A program made the translations under genes and the position numbers. A DNA stretch of 64,000 bases. Origin: the human T2T-CHM13v2.0 reference genome, Homo sapiens. Location of the stretch: assembly GCF_009914755.1 (NCBI RefSeq), contig NC_060939.1, one strand, 5' to 3'. This document shows, piece by piece, positions 12,212 through 25,479 of this stretch. The notes beneath the pieces were generated by a model. That model did not search any database, was not told the DNA's origin, and saw nothing but the letters and a program-made list of their open reading frames with translations. The number at the start of each line of letters is the position of its first letter. Within the stretch, counting starts at the first letter, position 1.

Positions 12212-13216
12212 TATAGGAAAAGAAAGAGAGATCAGACTGTTACTGTGTCCATGTAGAAAGGGAAGACATAAGAAATTCCATTTTGATCTGTACCTTGAAA
12301 AATTTCTTTGCTGAGATGCTGTTAATTTGTAACTTTGCCCCAGCCACTTTGCCCCAACTTTGAGCTCACAAAAACATGTGTTATATGGAATCAAGGTTTA
12401 AGGGATCTAGGGCTGTGCAGGATGTGCCTTGTTAACAAAATATTTACAAGCAGTATGCTTGGTAAAACTCATTGCCATTCTCTAGTCTCAATAAACCAGG
12501 GGCACAATGCACTGCAAAAAGCCACAGGGACCTCTGCCCTGGAAAGCCGGGTATTGTCCAAGGTTTGTCCCCATGTGATAGTCTGAAATGTGGCCTCGTG
12601 GGATAAGAAAGACTTGACCATCCCCCAGCCTGACACCCATAAAGGGTCTGTGCTGAGGTGGATTAGTAAAAGAGGAAAGCCACTTGCAGTTGAGATAGAG
12701 GAAGGCCACCATTTCCTGCCTGCCCCTGGGAACTTGATGTCTCGGTATAAAACCCGATTGTACACCTGTTCAATTCTGAGATAGGAGGAAAACCACCCTA
12801 TGGTGGGAGGTGAGACATGTTGGCAGCAATGCTGTCTAGTTATTCTTTACTCCACTGAGATGTTTGGGTGGACAGTAACATAAATCTGGCCTACATGCAC
12901 ATCCAGGCATAGTACCTACCCTTGAACTTAATTATGACATAGATTCTTTTGCTCACATGTTTTTTTGCTGACCTCCTCCTTATTATCACCCTGCTCTCCT
13001 ACAGCATTCCTCTTGCTGAGATAATGAAAATAATAATAAAAACTGAGGGAACTTAGAGACCGGTGCTGGTGCATGTCCTTGGTATGCTGAGAGCCAGTCC
13101 CCTGGCCCCACTTTTCTTTCTCTATACTTTGTCTCTGAGTCTTATTTTTTTTCTCAGTCTCTCATCCCATCTGACGAGATATACCCACAGGTGTGGAGGA
13201 GCAGGCCACCCCTTCA
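12212..13216 (+). mobile_element. 5' LTR (LTR5A/B-like)
   Basis: GAGAGATCAGACTGTTACTGTGT start, GGTATAAAA TATA box, AATAAA, ends CACCCCTTCA. Confidence 0.95.
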
Positions 13217-13357
13217 TCTGCCACCCAATGTGGGTGCCTTTCTCTAGGATGAAGGTATGCTAAGAATGTGAGCATTGAGGACAGTCGAGAGATTCCTGAG
13301 TACATCCACCATCAGCCTTTCGGTAAGCTTGTGCGCTCAGAGAAACCCAGGGTAACA

Positions 13358-14100
<743 letters not shown>

Positions 14101-14232
14101 ACTTCTGGGGGAGGGAGCCTGAAACTAGGCTTGCTGCGACTTGGCTCGAGGCACTCATTATTGTCCAACCTACAGTTCACTGTGGTGAAGGAGCAATTCA
14201 GACTCACCCTGCAGCTTCCTGTATAGGTCAAA

Positions 14233-16947
14233 CAGTGGCCGCTCCCTAAGGAAAAGTTGGGGGTGCTACATAAAATAGTTAAAAAGCTATTTTATAAAGG
14301 ACATGTTTCACCCACTTTCTGTCTTTAGAATTCTCCTGTTTTTGTAATTCAGAAAAAATCAGGCAGATGGCGCATGCTAACTGACTTAAGAGCCATTAAT
14401 GCAGTAATTCAACCTATGAGGCCTCTCCAACCCGTGTTGCCCTCTCCAGCCACGATCTCCTTTAATTATAATTGATCTGAAGGATTGCTTTTTTACCATT
14501 TCTCTGGCAAAACAGGATTTTGAAAAATTTGCTTTTACTATACCAGCCATAAATAATAAAGAACCAGCCACCAGATTTCAGTGGAAAGTGTTGCCTCAGG
14601 GAATGCTTAATAGTCCAATTATTTGTCAGACTTTTGTAGCTCAAGTTCTTCAACCAGTTAGAGACAAGTTTTCAGACTGTTATGTCATTCATTATGTTGA
14701 TATTTTGTGTGCTGCAGAAACAAGAGGCAAATTAATTGACTGTTACACATTTCTGCAGAGGTTGCAAACGCAGATTCAGACCTCTACTCCTTTTCATTAT
14801 TTGGGAATGCAAGTAGAGGAAAGAAAAATTAAACCACAACAAATAGAAATAAGAAAAGACACATTAAGAACATTAAATGACTTTCAAAAATTGCTAGGAG
14901 ATATTAATTGGATTCGGCCAACTCTAGGCATCCCTACTTATGCCATGTCGAATTTGTTCTCTATCTTGAGAGGGTATCCAGACTTGAATAGTAAAAGAAC
15001 ATTAACTCCAGAGGCAGCTAAGGAAATTGAATTAGTTGAAGAAAAAATTCCGTCAGCACAAGTAAATAGAATAGATCACTTAGCCCCACTCCAACTTTTG
15101 ATTTTTGCTACTGTACATTCTCCAACAGGCATTATTGTTCAAAATACAGATCTTGTGGAGTGGTCATTCTTTCCTCACAGTACAATTAAGACTTTTACAT
15201 TGTACTTAGATCAAATGGCTACATTAATTGGTCAGGGAAGACTACGAATAGTAAAATTGTGTGGAAGTGACCCAGATAAAATCATTGTTCCTTTAAACAA
15301 GGAACAGGTTAGACAAGCCTTTATCAATTCTGCTGCATGGCAGATTGGTCTTGCTGCTTTTGTGGAAATTGTTGATCATCATTACCCAAGAACAAAAATC
15401 TTCCAGTTTTCAAAATTGACTACTTGGATTTTACCTAAAATTACCAGACATAAACCTTTAGAAAATGCTCTGATGGTGTTTACTGATGGTTCCAGCAATG
15501 GAAAAATGGCTTACCCCAGGCCAAAAGAATGAATCATTGAAACTCAATATCACTCAGCTCAAAGAGCAGAATTGGTTGCTGTTATTTCAGTGTTACAAGA
15601 TTTTAATCAGCCTATTAACATTGTTTCAGATTCTGCATATGTAGTACAGGCTACAAAGGATGTTGAGACAGCCCTAATCAAATGTAGTATGGATGATCAG
15701 TTGAATCAGCTGTTTAATTTTTTACAATAAACTGTAAGAAAAAGAAATTTCCCATTTTATATTACTCATATTCAAGCACATACTAATTTACCAGGGCCTT
15801 AACTAAGGGAAATGAACAAGCTGACTTGCTAGTATCATCTGCCTTCATGGAAGCACAAGAACGTCATGCTCTGACTCATGTAAATGCAACAGGATTAAAA
15901 AATAAATTTGATATCACATGGAAACAGGCAAAAAATATTGTACAACATTGTACTGAGTGTCAAGTCCTACACCTGCCCATTCAGGAGGCAGGACTTAATC
16001 CCAGAGGTTTATGTCCTAATGCATTATGGCAAATGGATGTCACACATGTACCTTCATTTGGAAAATTGTCATTTGTCCATGTGATGGTTGATACTTGTTC
16101 ACATTTCATATGGGCAACCTGCTAGACAGAAAATGTACTTCCCATGTTAAAAGACATTTATTATCTTGTTTTGCTGTCATGGGAGTTCCAGAAAAAATTA
16201 AAACAGATAATGGACCAGGCTACTATAGTAAAGCATTCCAAAAATTCTTAAATCAGTGGAAAATTACACATACAACAGGAATCCCTTATAATTCCCAAGG
16301 ACAGGCCATAATTGAAAGAAATAATAGGACACTCAAAGCTCAATTGGTTAAACAAAAAAGGAAAAAGAGAGTAAGGAGTATAACACTCCCCAGATGCAAC
16401 TTAATCTAGCACTCTATACTTTAATTTTTTTAAACATTTATAGAAATAAGACCACTACTTCTGCAGAACAACATTTTACTGGTAAAAAGAACAGCCCACA
16501 TGAGGGAAAACTGATTTGGTGGAAAGATCAAAAATAAGACATGAGAAATAGGTAAGGTGATAACATGTGGGAGAGGTTTTGCTTGTGTTTCACCAGGAGA
16601 AAATCAGCTTCCTGTTTGGATACCCACTAGACATTTGAAATTCTACAATGAACCCATCAGAGATGCAAAGAAAAGTGCCTCCGTGGAGATGGAAAACCCG
16701 CAATGGAGCACCATCGACTTGCCAGGTGAACAAAATGGTGATATCAGAAGAACAGATGAAGTTGCCATCCACCAAGAAAGTGGAGCTGCTGACCTGGGCC
16801 CAGCTAAAGAAGCTGACACAGTTAGCTGAAAAAAAGCCTGAAGAATACAAGGTTAACACAAACTCCAGAGAATATGCTGCTTGCAGCTTTAATGATTGTA
16901 CCAACGGTGGTAAGTCTCCCTATGTCTGCAGGAGCAGCTGCAGCTAA
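14233..16947 (+). pseudogene. pol: HML-2 pol remnant (RT, RNase H, integrase), disrupted
   Basis: [22 protein letters not shown] motif reduced to [15 protein letters not shown], integrase HALTH...CTEC, WQMDVTH, KTDNGP; several stops and frameshifts. Confidence 0.95.
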
Positions 16948-18494
16948 TTATACTTACTTGGCCTATGTGCCTTTCCCACCCTTAATTCGGACAGTCACTT
17001 GGATAGATAATCCTATTGAAGTATATGTTAATAATAGTGCATGGGTACCAGGCCCCACAGATGACCGTGGCCCTGCCCAACCTGAAGAAGAAGGAATGAT
17101 GATAAACATTTCCATTGGGTATCATTATCCTCCTATTTGCCTGGGGAAAGCACCAGGATGCTTAATACCTACAACCCAAAATTGGTTGGTAGAAGTACCT
17201 ACTGTCAGTGCCATCAGCAGATTTACTTATCACATGGTAAGTGGAATGTCACTCAGGCCACAGATAAATAATTTACAGGATTTTTCTTATCAAAGATCAT
17301 TACAATCTAGGCCTAAGGGGAAGCCTTGCCCCAAGGAAATTCCCAAAGAATCAAAAAGCCCAGAAGTCCTAGTTTGGGAAGAATGTGTGGCTGATACTGC
17401 AGTGGTACTACAAAACAATGAATTTGGAACTATTATAAACTGGGCTCCTTGAGGCCAATTATATCATAATTGTGCAGGCCAGACTCAACCATGTTGACAG
17501 GTCCCATCCATCTGGCCCATTAATCTGGCCTATGAAAGGCTGGACCAGGTTTATAGTAGGTTAGAATCACTCTATCCATGGAAATGGGGTGTGTAAAACC
17601 CCCTTATATGCTAGTTGTAGGAAACAGAGTTATTAAACCAGATTCCCAAACTATAACCTGTGAAAATTGTAGATTGTTTACTTGCATTGATTCAACTTTG
17701 GATTGGCAACACCGTATTCTGCTAGTGAGGGCAAGAGAGGGCGTGGGGATCCCTGTGTCCATGGACCAACAGTGGGAGGGTTCCCCATCCATCCATATTT
17801 TAACAGAAGTATTAAAAGGAGTTCTAACTAGATCCAAAAGATTCATTTTTACTTTGATTGCAGTGATTATGGGTCTTATCACAGCTACTGCTGCGGCTGC
17901 TGGAATTGCTTTACACTCCTCTGTTCAAACTGCAGAATATGTGAATAATTGGCAAAAGAATTCCTCAAAATTGTGGAATTCTTATACCCAAATAGATCAA
18001 AAATTGGCAAACCAAATTAATGATCTTAGACAAACTGTAATTTGGATGGGAGATAGGCTCATGAGCTTGGAATACCTTTTTCAGTTACAGTGTGACTGGA
18101 ATATATCAGATTTTTGTATTACACCTCGAGCTTATAATGAATCTGAACATCACTAGGACATGGTGAGATGCCATCTACAAGGAAGAGAAGATAATCTTAC
18201 CTTAGAGATTTCAAAATTAAAAGAACAAATTTTTGAGGCATCAAAAGCCCAGTTAAATCTGGTACCAGAAATTGAGGCAATCATGAAAGCTGTTGATAGC
18301 CTCACAAATCTTAACCCTGCCACTCGGGTTGAAAACATTGGAAGTTCCACCATTGAAATTTTTGTATTAATCCTTGTATGTCCGTTCTCTCTGTTGTTAG
18401 TCTACAGGTGTATCCAGCAGCTCTGGAGAGACAGTGACCAGTGAGAATGGACCATGATGACCATGGCAGTTTTGTCAAAAAGAAAAGGGGGATA
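16648..18494 (+). pseudogene. env: HML-2 env/rec remnant (type 2: pol-env junction retained)
   Basis: MNPSEMQRK leader, [15 protein letters not shown], furin site RSKR followed by [34 protein letters not shown]; stops and an SU deletion near 17590; rec last exon [18 protein letters not shown] at 18401-18457. Confidence 0.94.
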
Positions 18495-19499
18495 TGTAGG
18501 GAAAAGAGAGATCAGACTGTTACTGTGTCTATGTAGAAAGGGAAGACATAAGAAATTCCATTTTTATCTGTACCTTGAAAAATTGTTTTGCTGAGATGCT
18601 GTTAATTTGTAACTTTGCCCCAGCCACTTTGCCCCAACTTTGAGCTCACAAAAACATGTGTTATATGGAATCAAGGTTTAAGAGATCTAGGGCTGGGCAG
18701 GATGTGCCTTGCTAACAAAATATTTACAAGCAGTATGCTTGGTAAAACTCATTGCCATTCTCTAGTCTCAATAAACCAGGGGCACAATGCACTGCAAAAA
18801 GCCACAGGGACCTCTGCCCTGGAAAGCCGGGTATTGTCCAAGGTTTGTCCCCATGTGATAGTCTGAAATGTGGCCACATGGGATGAGAAAGACCGGACTG
18901 TCCCCCAGCCTGACACCTGTAAAGGGTCTGTGCTGAGGTGGATTAGTAAAAGAGGAAAGCCACTTGCAGTTGAGATAGAGGAAGGCCACTGTTTCCTGCC
19001 TGCCCCTGGGAACTTGATGTCTCGGTATAAAACCCGATTGTACATTTGTTCAATTCTGAGATAAGAGGAAAACTGCCCTATGGTGGGAGGCAAGACATGT
19101 TGGCAGCAATGCTGCCTCGTTATTCTTTACTCCACTGAGATGTTTGGGTGGGAAGAAACATAAATCTGGCCCACGTGTACATCCAGGCATAGTACCTCCC
19201 CTTGAACTTAATTATGATATAGATTCTTTTGCTCACGTGTTTTTTTGCTGACCTTCTCCTTATTATCACCCTGCTCTCCTACTGCATTCCTCTTGCTGAG
19301 ATAATGAAAATAATACTCAATAAAAACTGAGGGAACTCAGAGACCGGTGCTGGTGCAGGTCCTTGGTATGCTGAGTGCAGGTCCCCTGGGCCCACTATTC
19401 TTTCTCTATAGTTTGTCTTGTATCTTATTTCTTTTCTCAGTCTCTCATCCCACCTGATGAGATATACCCACAGGTGTGGAGGGCCAGGCCACCCCTTCA
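18495..19499 (+). mobile_element. 3' LTR (LTR5A/B-like)
   Basis: TGTAGGGAAAAGAGAGATCAG...CACCCCTTCA; direct repeat of 12212-13216. Confidence 0.95.
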
Positions 19500-21473
19500 A
19501 ACATAAACTTATGTTTAGTTTAATATAGATACACACAGTTCTACATAGAAAACTTTATAATCAGCTGTGTATAGGTAGGTTAGACACACACATATACTTC
19601 CTAGCATTGCTAATGAGGGACAAGATACAATGTGCTAATTCAACAGCCAGATGTAAGTTTTCCTACCATTCTGAAAGGAATCAGGCTCTTTGAAGAAATG
19701 TCTGATACTAGAACTGGGACAGTAAATATAGGAGCCAGGATAATCTTGAAGTATCAGAAAGTAAGTACTAAAAAAAATTAAAATATATCAAAGAAAAATA
19801 AGAGCCAATAATAACAGCTACCGAAGGCCAACACAGGAATGAATTGTGCAACACAATGCTGCAGTGTTGAATAATAACTGAAGCTTAAAGTAATTATCTA
19901 GGTGTCTGTATTTGTATACATAGGTGAATAAGCTAATGGAGTTGCATAGAAATCTCCTTTGCAAAAGAATTCCAAATAATTGATGTAGACACTCAGCCAT
20001 CAGGAAGGTGGAGCCAACTCCTCACTCCATGAGTGTGGGCTCTGCATAGTGACTTGCTCCAAAAGAACACATGCAGTATGGACAAGGAGGAAAAATAACT
20101 TCACAGTGGAGAAACCTGACAAACAGTAGCTCTGCCAAATGATCCAAGTGAACATCAAAAATGACAGTTTACCTTGAGAACATGAAGTGAAAATGGGGGA
20201 CATTCTACAAAATTCCTGACCAATCCTCCTCAGTACTGTCAAGGTCATCATGAGATGGAAAGCCTGACACACTGTCACAGCCAGGAAGAGCCTATGTGAT
20301 GACTACATGTCGTGCGGGATCCTGGATGGGATCCTGGGTCAGAGTAAGACAGAACTAAGGGAGTCCAAATGAAATGTGAACTTTAGTTAATAATAGTCTA
20401 TCAGTATTGGTTCATTAACTGTGACAAATTATGTAAGATATTAATAAGCCATGTGAGACACACTGATAGAAGATGTTAATGAGAGGAAACTAGGTTGTGG
20501 CTACATGGGAAATCTCTGCTTTTTTTTTTTTTTTTTTGGTAATTTCTGTGTAAGTAAAAAAAAAAGATGTAAAATAAAACTTTATTTAAAACCTTTTTAT
20601 ATTTTTTAATGCTTCCTTGCTTAATTATTTATACCGTGAATTACTAGTAATTGACACTGTTAACTAGTCCTGTTTTTTTAAATAAGAGCATTTATGACAC
20701 AAAAAATTAAACAGTGCAGACTGATATATAAATCAAAACAAATGCTCTGTACATGTTTTCTGTTACAGTAGTAACACATATGTGTAAACTTAATTATCGT
20801 ATTTTTGTCTTGTGCTATGGTTGTGTCCTGGTTCATTCTCTAAAATGCTGATCACCTTAGACCAGGAAAAAAAATAAACTTACAGGATCTGTTTCAATTC
20901 ATGGCTAAATATTTTCAAAAGAGTGACTGTAAAAATATGTTCCAATGGCAAATTGATTCATTGTGATGGGATCACTTATTCTAAAGACTTCTTGTCTTTA
21001 CTTTGTTCCCATGCCTACCTTTTAGCCATAATACAACAGAATCAAATATTGGCCATTGGGAAAAAATATTCAAAGAAAGAAAGAATGTGAACAGAACTTA
21101 CAACCATGATGATTCAATGTTTTACCACAATGCTTTCTAAAAATAAGAGTGTAAAAGGATATTCAAAGTCAATTTCCTCAGCGAGGCTTTGCAGAAAATG
21201 AGGAAACTAAAGAAACAAAAATGGCAGGATGTTCTACGGGTGATTTTAGATGTTGCTATGTTTTATGGGAAAAAAATACTTTACCTTTTAAAGAATCACT
21301 AAGAATTATTGGAAACCCAAACTCTGGAATGTTTGCAAATTTAGTTGAGCTTCTGTGTAATTATGTCTATGTAGCTAGGCATGAAGTTGATGATTTTTAA
21401 AAAATCTTTGCCTTATTTGTGTAATAAAATACACAATAAATAATTAATGCTCATAGGAAAACATGTTAGACCT

Positions 21474-21917
21474 TGTGAAGGGAAAATAAATCTTGGGGAC
21501 CCAAAATCGCTAAGCTAAAGGGAAAAGTCAAGCTGGGAACTGCTTAGGGCAAATCTGCCTCCCATTCTATCCAAAGTCACCCATCTGCTCACCGAGACAA
21601 ATGCATATCTGATTGCCTCATTTGGAGAGGGTAATCAGCAAAGCAAAAGAATGAAACCATTTGTCTCTTACCTACTTATGACCTGGAAGCCCCCTGTCTG
21701 GCCTTCTCACCTTTCTGGACTGAACCAATGTACATCTTGCACATATTGATTGATGTCTCATGTCTCCCTAAAGTGTATAAAACCAAGCTGTGCCTCGACC
21801 ACCTTGGGCCCATGTTGTCAGGACTTCCTGAGGAGGCATCATGGGGGCGCATCCTCAAACTTGGCAAGTAAACTTTCTAAAAAATCCGAGAGCTGTTTCA
21901 GATTTTCAGGGTTCATA
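21474..21917 (+). mobile_element. MER4A-like solo LTR (ERV1)
   Basis: TGTGAAGGGAAAATAAATCTTGGGGACCCAAAATC...GTATAAAACCAAGCTGTG...GGGTTCATA resembles the MER4A1 consensus as recalled. Confidence 0.85.
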
Positions 21918-22605
21918 CATGTAATATAGTATGTCAATGTTTATAAAACAGACATTATTCTGTCTACTATTACAACTATGCTGCCAATTAACCTTAGACT
22001 TTCTCAACAAAATAAAAAATGATGAGGTACCAACAATATATTTAAACTTAAATAATGTTGCAAGTTTTAATATGCCTACTTTTCAATTTTTCAATACTAT
22101 TTTTACTACTTTAACACTGTAAGAAAAATGAGCAACTAAAACATGAATAAAAGTGTTTACAGGGGGTGCACATGTTTCCTCCAGCCTCTGCCCATCCCCA
22201 GCTTTCATCCCAACTCTTCTGATGGTGGCTCTAAGCATTTCCCCTGTCTCTATACCAAGATCTCTCCCCAGAAACAAGCCCAAATCTTACCATATGTTAT
22301 GGCACGCTATGGTGATGAGAAGCGATGAGCAGCCGAAGCCTCAAGGAAAGGATGCTTTTGTAAAACAAGACTTGTAGAATAAAACATGTGAAAGTAAAGC
22401 CCATGGCAGAGCTCCCTCCTCAGCACACGGGGAGCAGACAGGAAGCTTTTGCCTCACCTTCCTCAATGGCCAGCAGCCACGTCTGCCCAGGTCAGTCTTA
22501 AGGACAATGAAACTCTGGTCTTCACTGTAGACATGCCACACTACCAGGTGCTCCAAAGCCATGGTGACCCACCCTCGGGTGGGTCCTGAGAACAAAGCTC
22601 TGGTT

Positions 22606-22835
22606 CTAATCCTAACCCTAACCCTGTCCCAAGACTTTGACCCTGAACCTAAACACTGATCCCTACCCTGGGACCCAATTCTCACCCTTACTTTGACCTT
22701 GATTTTGATCTTGACCCTGACCTTGACCCCACCTCTAACCATATTTCTGGCCCTGACTCTGACCCAGATCCTAATCCTAACCCTAACCCTAACCCTATTA
22801 TTATCTTTATGATCTATCTCTAATCTTACCCTCTA
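22606..22835 (+). repeat. Degenerate interstitial telomeric tract, same polarity as the terminal array
   Basis: CCTAACCCTAACCC, GACCCTGACCTTGACCCC and CCTAACCCTAACCCTAACCCTA with ~6-bp periodicity. Confidence 0.88.
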
Positions 22836-25076
22836 GTGCTAAATAGCTGTATCCAACAGCACTTTTAAACTGTTTAACTTCTTTTCCTTGAATTCTCTAA
22901 GGATATCCTAAAGGAGATGTCATTATGTATTTTGCATTCCCTCTGAGTGGTATGGCTTCAGATATGCAGTTCTAATACTTTGCAAGACATAAAAAGTTTG
23001 GAGGGAAATAGCACCGGGTTGTTAGGGATGCATGTTTGCATTCATGATAGTCATTGGTGCTGTTCTCCAAATATTTTCAGTTCATTTGTTTGTGAATGCA
23101 TTCTGACTGTTCCATCCCACCTACTTAAATTTTCCCATGGCCACATGACTTTTTTGTTTGTTTGTTTGTTTTTTGCCAACGGAGGTGAGAAGAAATAACA
23201 TGTGACTTTTTCAGAAGAAATCTCCAAGAAACAGAGTTCTATTCCGCATGCTTTTTTCTTTTTTCTATAGCAATGGGGATCTTATTGATGGTCCCTCCTT
23301 CCGTCTGGATTCCTGTGTTAGGATGACACAGCACAGAGCTACCTCACATCTGACCCATGATGAGATGTAAATAAATGAGGAAAAAGATTTTTGAACCACT
23401 GAAATTTGGAGGTTGTTTGTCACCACAGTTTAACCTAGCCCCCATTGACTGATGCAGGGCTGAAGAATGAGTCTGAACTGGATCTGGACAAGACATGTGA
23501 AGAGCACTGCAGGCTGAGTAAAACTCAAGTGTTGTCTCAAAGATAACAGTGAGCACAATATGTTATTAGGGTGAGTGTGGGATAAATAAGGTATATCAGG
23601 TGAGAATAATGAGAAACTCAACTTCAAAAGATGGTGCTGATTTGGACTGTGGAGAGATTCAAATGCCCTGCTTAGCATTTGAGATTGTGATGGTTGAACA
23701 AACTAATTAAGAGCCCAAAATGAAGGCTTGGGATAAATATCTGAGGGTGTCTAATATCCCAATTTTTCATCCTAGAGTGGGCAGAGTCCTTGATCCCATT
23801 CTAGGGAGACTTCCAAAAGAAAAAAGACCTGCATTTCTTCAACAACCCACATTGAGAGACTTTCCTGCACTTTTGACCTATGGTTAACACTCCTCACCTT
23901 TCATTCTGTCATCAGTGTTTTGGGGAAACACCTTTAACTCTCTATGATTTACAGGTTATGAAGTGGCCCTTATAATTCCTTCCAGGGGTGGAAAAGACTA
24001 ATGATGATGGTGTCTGAGCTCACAGCCACAAGCGGGCATGTGTGTTCAGCAGCCATGTGGCTCATGTGCTAGGAGCTTACTAAATACAATGTTCTACATC
24101 ATTGCTTAACACAAGGGGAGATGCTCCTGACTCAGAGGGTTTAATTGCTCACCTGCTTCTTTTTCTGCCCTCTTGGGCTCCTAAAATGAAAAGAATCCTG
24201 GGGTGATAAAGTGAGTCAAAGGGGTGCCAGCCACATCACAGCAAAATAGATTCCTAAAAAAATCCCTGGCCTAAGATGACAGCCTTGGCTGGATAAGTTT
24301 GAATGTGCTGATAGTGGACATGGTAGAATGAAGGTGGTTGAAATGTTCATATTAAAGAACTTCTACCCAGATTGCAAGAAAAGAGAGAGGAATGGAGATG
24401 GCAGCATGATTCCCTATAATAAAAGCAGATGATTTAAGATCAGTTATCTTTGTTCTGAAAAAAATAAAGACAGAAACAAAAGTTTAGCCTGAGGCTACAA
24501 TTAATTGGGCAATAAGTGAGAGGCACATATGGCATAGACAGATTTAAACATTTCTCCCTTATATTAATACAAATACTAAAATTACAAATAAATTGATTCC
24601 AAATAAAACAAATATTTAAAAAACTTAATGAATAAACACCGGAGTCTACAGTAGTGTTCGAAGGAGATCTCACAAACAAGTTTGGTTTTTGAAGGTTAGA
24701 ACTGATGGTCTAGAGAATTCATTTCATTCCAGAGAGAGAAAGAGAGGAATTTTTTAAAAAGAACACTTGCAGTGTTTGAAGTGACAAAGGCTGCTGTGAC
24801 AAAAAAGAAGGGAAAGGGAATTTTTTTTAAAAAAGCAAGCAACAACAACAAAACCCCACAAAAAAGCAGACAACAAACAAACAAAAAACAGAGGAAGAAG
24901 TCAAAACATGCTGGGCTGTGACTACTTCCAGGAAGGGGCTACAAGAGGCAGCTGGAAATTCTATTTGCTTTGCAACTGTGAGTTTTCCGGCCTGCTTCCT
25001 TTCTAAAGTATATTACTTTGTTTTTGGTTCATGAAGTTATCCATTTCTGTTTTCTGGAACAGCTATGTATTTTCTT

Positions 25077-25130
25077 TATCTATCATCTATCTACCTGCCT
25101 ATCATCTATCTATCTATTTACTATCTATCT
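25077..25130 (+). repeat. Imperfect (TATC)n microsatellite
   Basis: TATCTATCATCTATCTACC...TATCTATCT. Confidence 0.75.
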
Positions 25131-25258
25131 TTTCTACCTTTCACTATCAAGAGCTTGGGTCAAGCAGGATAGAATTCCAGTGTATGTTCACTCTACCATT
25201 TAAAACAAGAGCTCTTGTAGGCATTCTCCAACACATCATAAACCTGAGCTTTCTAAAA

Positions 25259-25479
25259 CAGGGTGTGGCAAACTACCATTCATGGGCCATGTCTGACATA
25301 GTCTGCGTTTGTAAGAAAAGTTGTAATGGGACACAGCCACATACATGTGTTACATAATGTCTCTGGCTACTTTCATGGTATAACGGAAGAGCTGAGTCAT
25401 TGAGAGAGGGACCACATGGCTTGGAAAACTTAAAATATTTAACATTTAGCCCTTCGCAGAAAATATTTGCTGACTCTTG
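25259..25479 (+). mobile_element. MER58A-like hAT DNA transposon fossil
   Basis: CAGGGTGTGGCAAACT...TTTGCTGACTCTTG terminal inverted repeats, ~220 bp. Confidence 0.8.

Noticed and set aside
14588-15532. 314-aa HML-2 RT ORF as a functional enzyme
   Set aside because: The catalytic YIDD motif has lost an Asp, the N-terminus is frameshifted and RNase H is truncated.
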